A stretch of 64,000 bases of DNA from Moniliella sp. 'wahieum' (lineage: Eukaryota): positions 868,001-932,000 of the forward strand of contig RSEE01000002.1 of NCBI GenBank assembly GCA_003971905.1, in the 5' to 3' direction. Below are positions 12,811-24,133 of this stretch, one piece after another (positions within the stretch are counted from its first letter, which is position 1; each line of letters begins with the position of its first letter). The notes below the pieces were generated by a model. The model was not told the origin of the DNA. It ran no database searches and was given only the letters and a program-made list of their open reading frames with translations. The position numbers were made by a program, and so were the translations under genes.

Positions 12811-13632
12811 ACTAGGGCGGCTCTCCTGTTGCTACTAAGGCATTATGCCCTGATACCTTCCAGTATATCGTTAGGTTGCTGAAAGAAGTGTCGCCCAAAC
12901 CGGATGAGATACCCAGTGGTGGTCCATTATTATTGAGACGCCCGCTTGCTGGGTTTAGGGAACTTTTGGTATCCAGTGGGAGAGGTTTAGCCTTTCGGCC
13001 CAAGGCAGGAGAGAAGAAAATAAGAAGATGGAAAACTGCTGCATGTGCGGCATTTCTCGATAGTGAGAAAAGGAGACACAGCAGAGGCATATCGATATCA
13101 TCACATCTTTTTTGTTCGCAATTGGGATGGTAATGAAAGGTGTGCATTCAGTTCCGTCATTCAGGTCACTGAGATAAGGCTGAGATCGACTGAAGGCAGG
13201 GACCCCGTTCGCTCTTCAGCTTCTATATTAGCGGAGGATATACTGGCATCATCTTTTGCCTGTCTATGTCAATTGATCCGTTGAACAATCACTCTATCAT
13301 AACACAAAATGGCACTGAGGGCCGTTGCTTATCTTCCGCCTTATCTCCGTACATCGAAGAGGAACTCACCTCTCATCTCCACCGGCAAGCGGAAAGCGGA
13401 CCACTAATATGGCCTTTCCCTCTTTTCAGGGGGCCAATGGGATCTCTGTTGTGACCGAGATTGACAGTTCTCGCTCCAATTCCGAATTCTACATCCCGTG
13501 TATCTCGCTCTTTCCTCTCCCTTGCGCTTCTGTTATCTGTCCGATGCCTCTCGTTTCCTCCCACGAATGATCTTGCCATTTCCACCGTCTCCGATAGGAC
13601 CTTTGGTGTCCCTCGACTAGCCCCGACTGTTG

Positions 13633-13937
13633 CTGTCATAGTTTGGCTGATCTCGCTCCCATTTCCAATTTCTCCGTCCCGAGCGTTTCCCCTTCTCTCT
13701 GTTTGTTCCGCCCATGTCCTTTGTTTTGGCTTTTCCCCACGAACGATTTCTTCATCCCTTGGCCTAGTCCCGACTCTGGTCTCCCTCGCCTTAGCCCCGA
13801 TTGTGACATATTATCATTCGTGGGGAGAAGCAAAAGCAAAGGGTATGGCGGGAAGTGAAAGAAACAGGGAAAGAGCGTGACGCTCGGGACGACGAAATTG
13901 GAAATGGGAGCGAGATCAGCCAAACTATATATGACAG
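13633..13937 (+). repeat. Long inverted repeat / fold-back hairpin, preceded by a degenerate direct copy of its 5' arm (about 13470-13640)
   Basis: 13638-13672 is the exact reverse complement of 13894-13928 (35 bp). Pairing continues imperfectly inward to 13747/13813, leaving a ~65-nt loop. Confidence 0.9.
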
Positions 13938-15403
13938 TTACAGTCTGGTGAATACAGCTGTCTTATCGGAATACGGCCCCATCCTTCATCTCGCACAATG
14001 GTCAATTCGGGGTCATATCTATATCTGTTGCCGGTGCATGGACAGCCGCCCTATCGCGTGTGCTCCACCCACACGGGTGCAATGGACAAGTGCACCACCG
14101 TGCCTCGGGGCGACAAAAAGGTAGCGGGGAAAGCACTCAGGCGCGAGTGAGGCGTGGAAGAGAGCAAAGAGAGAGGAGCGAGATTCCAACTTACTTTTTT
14201 TGCTGGTCTTGTTATCTAGCCAGCTCACGTTGGTGCTATTAGTGATACGATCGGATCCCGGAACAAGCGAAAAGGAGATGATGAGCAAGAAGTCATATGA
14301 TTGATAGGGATTCATTGCTGTGGTGAGCGAAAGAAGAAGGTATTAGCGAAGAGAGTTGGAGGTTGGAGGCAGTGTCAGAAGAGATGATGACGCGTGACGA
14401 GGTCATTTCACAGCCGAGGCTCAGTCCTATTAGGAGAGGTGCTTCAAGCTTCAAGCTACACGCTTCAGGTGCCACGGACTTCCGCTTGTAAGTGCTAGTA
14501 GCTCTGGGTGGAAGCGGCGGAACCCGTAGTCTGGCTGTCATGCTCTCAGTTCTAATACCCAGCACTATGGTATCTCAAGGCACTCGCACGAGCCGCTTGT
14601 ACCGAGTGACTATTAGTGACTTACTGATAGTGATGCATGATGGATGAAGGTCTTTGTCCAATCCACAGAGGGGCCTAAGCCCTAAGCCTTAAATGGCCCA
14701 ATGGCCTATAGGGGACCATGGCGTATCCCTTCAATCTGAAGGCAAGTGCGAACCGTGCGCATATCTCGATATGGGGATTGCAACGTAGGATCCCTCCCTG
14801 CGTTGAATATATGGTTACCGGTTACCGGTTACCCGTGAGCCAGTGTGCGGCTGTGGCGCTTGCTCTGTATGTCTCAGATACGAGTAATAGCAAACCACTG
14901 CTTGTCCATATTCAACGCATTAACCGGTAACGGACAGCGCTGTAGTGATTATAACGATTGTGGCGCAGATAAGATAAGCCCTTGGGAGGTTGCTCTGGCC
15001 CCGTGCTGCTCGCAGGGTGCATCAGGGGCAGCGCTGTGGACAGTTCCCCTCTGCCCAAACGTCGCCAGGCTGCTTACGAGGACCCTCGCCTAACCCATGG
15101 CGTAATGCTCGCATATCTGACATCATTGCATTCTCTCCAGGTAGCCGGCTATATTTCGCACGCGATGGTCCGCAGCCGCACGCGTGACGCGTGAGGCGCG
15201 AGAGGAGGTAGCAGCCCTCTATTCTGCAAGACCATGCGACATTATCAGTCGGATATCTGCCCGCCGGTACCTGGTTTTTCGCATTATCTTCTTGCCACCC
15301 TCCCCCTCCCCCTTGCCTTGAAAACTGCGGAGACCAAGGTGCGATAATATGTCCTTGACGCCACACCTGCCTCCTGCTCCTCCTTCCAACCATCACCGCC
15401 ACC

Positions 15404-17324
15404 ATGTCGAGGTTCTTCCACCGTGCTAAGGCTTCCACACCGACGTCAGAACCCTCGTTGCCCGAAGACGGATACGTCCCCACCACCTTCTACGATCCTC
15501 GCGCCGCCCATGACACAACTGCGACGGACGAAAAGGCCGAATTGGATGACAAAGGATACGGGGAGAAAGTGGATGTCAAGGTGAGCACGTTGGACCGATT
15601 TGCAGGCAAAGTTCGGACCTACGGCGATGTTTCCGGTGTGGATCCCGAATTGGCCAATAAGCTCTTTGACCAGGATCAGGTCCGCGAAGCATTTACCTCC
15701 CGCCAGCTTGCCATGATCGCCTTGGCTGGTATGTCTCTAACCCTAACCCTGTATCATGGCCCAAAAAGATGCTGACGGACTTTGACAGGCTCCATCGGTA
15801 CCGGTGTCTTCCTTGGTGTTGGAAAGGCCTTGGCCAATGCTGGACCTCTGTCACTTTTCCTGGGATACTTGATCGTGGGAGTGTTTGCTTGTTCGATGCT
15901 CTTCTGTCAAGCCGAAGTAAGTTTTCGTCTCCTGTCTTGTGTATACTAGTATACAAAACCCCTGACACTGGTCACAGCTTTCCACTTTGGCGCCAGTGAG
16001 CGGCTACTACGTCCGCCACAGTGGTATGTTTGTATCTCAGGGATTGGCGTTTGCAAGTGGCTGGGCCATGTTGTACGGCAATTTTGTCAGTCTTCCGGCT
16101 GAGTTTACGGCAGCAGCGACTCTGGTTCAATACTGGAACGACAACATCTCCCCTGCTGTGTTTATTACCATCTTTGGCGTTGTTCTCCTTGCAACCAGCT
16201 TGACATTTACTCGTTTGTACAGCGAGACAGAGTACGGGTTTTCCATCCTCAAGCTCACAACAGCAATTGGCCTCGTCATCTTTTGCATCTGTATTGACCT
16301 TGGAGCCGGCCCCCACGGCCACATGACAGGGTTTCAGTATTGGCGCAATCCCGGCCCGATGGCAGAATATCTGCTGAAGGGTGCCAGGGGTCGCTGGTTC
16401 GGCTTCTGGTACACGCTCACAAACGCTGCGTACAGCTACCAAGGGATTGAGACGATCTGCGCCGCAGCTGCTGAAACGCGCAACCCACGCCAGGCGTTGC
16501 CTCGCGCAGCCAAGCGTGTGTTTATCCGGGTGGGCGGGATTTACGTTTTGCTTGTGTTTTGTGTCGGGCTTGTTGTTCCCTACAATGATACTCGTCTCCT
16601 GAACTCGTCCGGTACCGCCTCTGCATCACCCTACGTTGTTGCCGCCTCCAATGCAGGCGTCAAAGTGTTACCCTCGATCATCAACGCAGTTTGTATCACA
16701 TCTGCGTACAGCTCTGGTGCGGCAGGTACGCTCGCTGCGTCCCGCTCAGCAATGGCCCTAGCCAACATGGGCTTTGCTCCCAAGGCGTTTCTCAAGACCC
16801 ACAGGTGGGGTGTTCCTTGGGTTGCGGTGCTCGTTGTCATCTGGGTTCCCATTGGGATATACTGTGGTGAGTTCGAGTGCGACGCAGGTATTTGGATACT
16901 TGCAGAGTGTGGTCTCTTCGCTGGCCTTGTACCAATGGCTGTCACATGCCTCATTTTTCTGCGTGTGTACTACGCTATGCGGAAACAGGGCATCCCGCGG
17001 TCCTCGCTGCCGTGGCAGAGCTGGTTTCAGCCGTACCTGGCCTGGATTGGATTGCTTGGCTCTTCTTTCTGTCTTTTGACGGGGGGGTTCGAGTTTTTTG
17101 TTACAGGCAACCAGGAGGCCCAGACATTCATCTCGGCCTATTGCTGCCCGATTGCCAATGTGCTTCTCCTGTTGGGATACAAGTTCGTCACAAAAACACC
17201 TCTGTGGATCCCACTCAGTGAGGTCCCCATCCAGCCTTGGATCACTCAGTACCGCCAGAACCCTGAACCTGTCGAGACACCGCCCACAGGTTGGATTCGT
17301 CTCGTGAGTTGGATCTGGTTTTGA
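15404..17324 (+). CDS. Amino-acid permease (APC superfamily, yeast amino acid transporter family)
   Basis: RQLAMIALAG|SIGTGVFLG, GFQYWRNPG, AAYSYQGIE..AAAETRNPR and SPYVVA motifs with many TM segments. Introns about 15729-15788 and 15917-15978. Confidence 0.92.
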
Positions 17325-17907
17325 TGATACCCTTTTCCCCTTTGATAAAGGATCATGGCCACTATGGCCAACATGATTCTGCCCTTCGACATTTTCTTTC
17401 TGAATGATGAATACGCACGTTCTACCACATCCGGTCTAATGGGTCCAAACCCTTTGTAAACACAGATAAAGATAAGCAGGCTCCACTGGCAAGCACGGAG
17501 GCATCCTGTTGATGCTGGCCTCCGTTCTGGGAGGGTTGCCATTCTCCCTTTGCAGCTCAAGCCATTACAGTTAGCTACGCCCATGCTCGAAGAACTCATG
17601 AGCCACCACTTCGTTTCTGAGTGGGTTTATTCCCATTGCTACACATGATTTGCCTTGCCACTAGCTCTGCTGTAGAGGGTCATGGTCGTGCCTGGAAATC
17701 TATGGCAGTGCCCATATGGGATGGAAACACGCCTGTCTTCCCGGGCGGGCCCTGTACGTCTCCACCGCTTCAGAACCGAGGAGGGTCTTACACACCAGCA
17801 ACTCGTCAGGACCGCCGTTGGCTGGTAAGACGCATAAAACCCACTTAACCCCCACATCCTCAGTCGGCTATCATGGCCTGACCCGAACCCACGCCTTGAA
17901 TCATATC

Positions 17908-18565
17908 CTAATTACTAGTTGCTACGTCTGTGGTGGGTTGTGCTTCTTGGTCATCGGCAGGGGAGCTGCGGCGGCAACAGCAGCAGCCCGGCCGGGGGCC
18001 CCGGCTGGGACTCAGACGTAGGCGGCTCCTGCGCACCCTCTTGCGATTGTTCTTGGGCAGGGAAGCGGGGGCTGCCTCCTGGGGAGTGTTCACTGTCCCA
18101 TTCGGCACGGGCTCTGCACTTGGTTGTGGCACGGGCGGGGGCGGGTCCGACCCCATGACGGGGGGGGTCGGGGACACTGGGCTGGGGCACGGGGGCCGGA
18201 CGGGCCCACTCGGGCGTAGGGGCACGAATAATGTTGGTGCCCGGAATGCGGGCGCACTGGAGCTGGGGAGGTGTGCGCAGGCTGCGGTGCGAAGGGAGCA
18301 AACGCCTTCTCCAAGCGCTGCATGCGCACGCGATGGGCCTCGGCTTCCTGCTGGGTCTTGTGGCGCATGCCGTGGGCATGGGCCTGGATGGCTTTGCGGT
18401 TGAATAGGGCGTAGGGGCTGGGCGCGGCCGGAGATCGCCGACCCGGCGTGCATCAAGCACGAGCGCCAACAGGTCATGCGTCCGCCGGAACCGCATGCCG
18501 GCCACCTCGCGCGGCGTGTGGCGATCCAGCTCGTCGAGCGACAGCTCGGTGTGGCTGTCGTCCAT
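17908..18565 (-). CDS. Hypothetical protein resembling the Ssr4 (SWI/SNF-RSC subunit) C-terminal motif
   Basis: MDDSHTELSLDELDRHTPREVAGMRFRRTHDLL resembles the DELD..TPR.I...RY.R.HE motif I recall from fungal Ssr4. It is followed by a short helical segment and a Pro-rich tail; frameshifted. Confidence 0.4.
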
Positions 18566-18997
18566 GGCAAGGCCGAGGCCCATGTGCCTCGGCCTGCTCG
18601 GGGGGCTGCACGGGCGCCTCTTGGCGGCGCGGCTGTTGGGTCCGGCGGGGGCGGCGACGGGCGGCGCGCAGGCCAGGCGATTGCGTGTCGGGCATCACGT
18701 GGGCGGGGGGCAGTGGTGGTGCAGGTCGAATTAATGGACGCGTCGAGAATGGGCGGGCGTGGCTGAGGTTGAATTTGATTTGATTTTGATTTTCGATTTT
18801 GGGCGGATGACCTAATCCAGTCCATGCGCGCGCTCGTTTGAACGTTGCAATTTGCCCCTCCTAGCTCCATGGCCCAATTCAGCCGAAGCGCCTCAGGCCG
18901 TTGCGCGGGGACGGTGGCCAGCGTGGGGGCAGTGTAGGGCAGCACATGTGGCGCAACAGGAAATGCACTACGTTTCCATCCTTCGCTTCGTCTTTGA

Positions 18998-19780
<783 letters not shown>

Positions 19781-20630
19781 TTAGGTCGCATCATCGGCCA
19801 GTACTTCAGCCCCCGGTCGGGTAGTCTCTCATGCCCACAATATCTATCACGGTCCCATTGTGACGGAGGTCATCATCAGCGTACACAGCATGAAGAGAGG
19901 GTAATGTAGTACTTGCTAGCCCGATCATTTTTCTTGATCCGTCAAAAGCGCATGCCTACCAAACACAGCTGTTACGTTCGTCATCGACAACCAATGAACC
20001 GGTACTTAAACACTAAACACTAACCCCCGTCTCCGCTTTCCTCACCTATCGCACGAGCAAACAGGGACTTCACCATTAGATCGACTATGCTTTTGTTTTT
20101 GTTCTACATATCATCTTGGAATTACGATGCTGTGTTACATGTTATAGTAGGACCGACAGCTTTGACCGTTGAGACGGTTGGCGTTGATTGATGTGTGGGT
20201 AACCGTATTCGATAATCGGTGTAACCGGGTATTGGGGTCGTGTAAACGCCCTCATACATAAGATGTGGTATGTGCAGTGGTGCTGAACGAGTGGAAGGTG
20301 TGAGATGTGAGAGGTCACCGGGGGTTATGCATGACATGTCGATGAACCTTGAAGCTTGAAGCTTGAAGGTGTGTGGTGTTGACTGGGTTGAACGTTCAGT
20401 TGAACGTTGACTAGTTGCTAGTGACTAGCGACATGCCGACTCCACTTGCCGAAAGAAGCTGTCTACATGACTAGTGACTGCCAGTCGGTAAATTCAAATT
20501 GAATCCCGAATCATTGATTGAACGGCCGGTGGTGCACACGACCGGTTATAAGTGTGGAAGACGAACGGAAGTGAGGGAGGGATGGTTGTTCTATTCCAAG
20601 AAGAAGCTTCTCGACACAGGAAGGATACAC

Positions 20631-20674
20631 TAGCGTTCCCCCTGTCCCAGCCTTAAGCTCTGTCAATGATATGA
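20631..20674 (+). mobile_element. Isolated ~44-bp 3' tail of the RLE non-LTR family
   Basis: TAGCGTTCCCCCTGTCCCAGCCTTAAGCTCTGTCAATGA is identical to 63951-63989. The upstream sequence is unrelated to the other copies. Confidence 0.75.
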
Positions 20675-21613
20675 ATTCGAGGGGAGAGTCGGACAGGAAG
20701 GAGTGATTACGAAATGGTGGCATGCCGGCGTATTTGCAATCACGCCAACAATAAGGCCCAAGGCCTAAGGCCTAAGGACCGGTAAGGTGATGGAGCGGGT
20801 GATTGAAAGTGAACATTGAATTCCGATGCGTTGGAGCGCTGAAGGCACAGCCCGGCACTGCGTGGTGGTGCGGGCGATGGCCGTTCGATGATCAGCGATC
20901 GATGAAGGTGCCGTCGGCATCCTTGCTGAGTGCATGACTGCCGCCGGGAGCTGCAGGCATGAAAGCGTGCTACGTCGATCTGTGTTCCAGCCAACACAGT
21001 CCCCGCGCTAATTTGCCGCAAGCGACTGGCGTTTGGCCGTGTGGTCTGTAGCCCGCACAGCGGCAGAGAGGACCGTCTTGGCGGAAGGGCTGTGGGCCGG
21101 GGTCACTCGCCCTGTGCGATGCTGCTCAGTCGCCGGTTGTCAGTCTGTGGCCTGGTGCTGGTCTGTCGCGGCTGCTGGCTCAAGGCCTGAGGCTGAGCGC
21201 TCAGGCTGAGCGCTGAGCCTCAGCCTCAGCGCTGGACCTGAAAATCGTAGATTGTCCATCATCGATCATCGATCATCGATCCCCCCCTCGATCACATGTC
21301 GAGGGAATTGCAATACGCTGGAGGCAATCGCAGTACACTGGAGAGAAGCGCAGCGCGCTGTACTGGCCGTTTGCCTGTATGCGTGTCCTCAGTTGCATCG
21401 AGGGCGGCAGTGTGAGCCCGCGTACAGGGCAGCTTCAACTACCGTCTGCAGATCACTTCAGCTTCAAGAACACCTTCTTCTCCTTCAAGCTTCACCACCA
21501 CCTTTTCCTTTCTTCTTTCTTCTTTCTTTCTTTCTTTTTGTTTTCTTTTCTTTCTCCCAGCCTCCTCCCCCCTTCCCCCCCCCCCCCTCTCCACACCCAC
21601 CACGCTCTTTACC

Positions 21614-22747
21614 ATGCCTGGCCCATGCGCACCACCGCCGACCGCCAGGAGGAGCTGCTAAAAAACCTCAATCTTTACTCTTCCAGCTCCGAGTCTTCCA
21701 TCACTTCTAAAGACGCATTCGTGGAGCCTACGCCTTTGCCTGGGGCACGCCAGGCGAGTCATCCTGCGCTCCAGGCCGCCCGGAGTGCAGCCACCCAGCC
21801 CAGGCGGGCTGTTAGTGGGGCAGGAGGATGCGTGCCCGGGGGGTGGCTATGCCGTCGGCTGCCGTTGGACGGGCTGGGGTGGTGTCTCCTTCGGCTTACG
21901 CCCAGCAATTTCAGCCCAGCCCTCAGCATGAGATGGGCCATGGGTTGCCTGCCCAGGCACAGGCACCGGCGCAACGGCCTGCTCGTAAGCCCTCCTTCTC
22001 CGGCGCAGCTTGCACGCTTTCTCCTCTCGCCACCATGCGCAGCCGAGTCAAGGTTCGCTCCAGTCGTATATGGGTGCTAGCAATATGCAGCGTAAACCCT
22101 CGACGTTGCGCAGGACCATGGCTCGCCTTGTAGGCCAGCCCATCACTCCTGGGCTGGTCCGCATCGCTCCGGGCATGGGCGACAGTCCCAATCTCAGCAC
22201 TGAGAAGCAATTTCGTCAAGCTCAAGCCGGAGAAGCCTTCTGGGGATTCAACGGGGACGGGGCTGAATGGGACGTGCAAGGATCTGGTGCTGCTTTTTGG
22301 AAACGATTTTCCTTGGCGCAACATCATGCCCAGGACAAGTCCGATCCACTTACGGAACAGAGTGAGAAGTACGTGCGTTCTCACCAAAACGCCATTCGTA
22401 CCATGCGCATTTGCATTTTCGTCGTTATCTTCCTGATTGTTGGTCTGGCTGTGGGCTTGGGGGTTGGCATCCCCCTTTCCCACCATTCGAACTCCACCTC
22501 CCCGAAAGGTTCCGATGGGAATGAGACCAGCAAACGTTCGCTTCTGCCTGCCGTCGGCACTGGGGCCGAGGCAGCAGCCCTGTGGGAACGTACGGACCAC
22601 ATCTGGCTTCCGACCGATGGTCATATTCAAGACTCAGAGCTGCATCCAAAATCTCCCAAGCTCGTCTTTGGTCGCGCCCAGTCTCATCTCCGTACCCGCG
22701 GCCACAAGAATCGCCGGGGAGCCACCGTGGGAAATGGGCGTCAATAA
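21614..22747 (+). CDS. Hypothetical single-pass membrane protein
   Basis: Frameshifted ORF chain ending in ...EWDVQGSGAAFWKRFS... followed by a hydrophobic helix (ICIFVVIFLIVGLAVGLGVGI). Pyrimidine-rich 5' leader. Start is 21614 or 21625. Confidence 0.55.
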
Positions 22748-23156
22748 GAGCCCTGTTGCACCTGCTTGCTTCATCGACGTATTAAGTTCAGTCTGTTAAT
22801 CCGGTCGGACTTGTTTTGGGCTTTTGGGGGGTAGGCATTCTCCTTTCGCACCATATGAATCCTACTTCACCAAAAGGTCCCGGTATAGCAGTTCGACGAC
22901 CCACACCCTCCCTTTTGGCTTCTCTCCCGGTTGCCCAGTCGACGGTTCCGCGTCTGGGGTAGAACCCTCGTTTCACATGTCATCGATTATCCCTCTACGT
23001 GTCTGATCTGCGTTTTTTCACCATTTCACCCACTGTATCCACTTCTTGTCTAGCTCCCTCCATCATGCATCTGCCCTATCCTTTACACATGCCATTGGCC
23101 ACGGTTGAGGTGAATATGTCAAATCCTGACAGTTCTTCAGAATTATGATGGTGCCT

Positions 23157-23373
23157 TGTAAGACCGGAGGAACCCAAGGGATTGGGTGAAGAACCTCTGG
23201 AAATGTAGAGCAATGCAATCGCGATGGTGGTGGTTCAGGTCTAAGCCTTGTGCCACACCTAGAGACAGGGGTTCAGACAAGCCTGAGTATACACGTGGAG
23301 GCTTCGGAGGACAAATCAGGGGTGAAGGGTGATGAGGCGCCTTGGCCTAAGTACGGGACCACGGGTCCCAACA
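23157..23373. mobile_element. Solo LTR (217 bp)
   Basis: TGT...ACA termini flanked by a perfect 5-bp TSD, TGCCT (23152-23156 and 23374-23378). Confidence 0.65.
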
Positions 23374-24133
23374 TGCCTGTCAGGAAGACAATGATTTTCC
23401 GACGAAGGGGGGCAATTCCCTTTTTCTGACGATCAACATTCGACAGAAAGACAGAGGAGAGCGAATTAAACTGAATTTATCTAGCAACTGACTAGTAGAC
23501 AGTAGGCACAAAGAAGCGTCGCGCCTATCAGGGTCGCCCATTCGGCATGCTCCTCTGCTTTCTCAGTAGCAAGTGTCGAGATCTGCATCTGATCGATCTA
23601 ATCCGAGTCTACATGACTCAACACTTCAGCATTTTCCACGGCGCCTCAACGCCATCAACGGAAGCAGTCAATTACGAACGAGAGGAAGGATCATTCGTTG
23701 GCGGGACTAAGATCCAAGAGGTGAGGCATGCTGGACAGGAGACAGGGCACTCACAAGAGTCGTCTCCAAGTAGCCTCGAGACCAGTGGTGGCCTCAACGT
23801 CTCAACCCTCTGCCTGTCAAGCGGCTTGGAGGTGGTGATATCGCTAGGGCCCAAAATTTCAATGTTCCCTTGGCGGCTGCACAATAAAACTCAGTCGACG
23901 GGGTTACTCTTGGAAGAGCGTGACGGGTGACGTCACGTACCCTGACGGGTGCGCCGGCAGAGGCCGGCTGGGCTCCACGTGGACGGGCATGGGTGAGGGT
24001 TATGCGGGCTGCACCGATCGAAGCCAGCGGCTGCTCGTCGCCGCAGCGAGCAGCCAGCCGCCGTCTGTCCGGCCAGCTCCGCACTGCTCCGCCTCAGCAA
24101 GCATCCAGCCTCGCCTCCTCCGCTCTGGCTTTC

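Noticed and set aside
15737..15750. CTAACCCTAACCCT telomere-like repeat (similar single units at about 8185, 9869 and 63129)
   Set aside because: Only 1-2 units, one of them inside an intron. Too short to call an interstitial telomere or a retroelement target, although the 9869 unit abuts a truncated copy.
21505..21590. Long pyrimidine (CT/T-rich and poly-C) tract
   Set aside because: A common fungal 5'-leader or promoter low-complexity sequence.
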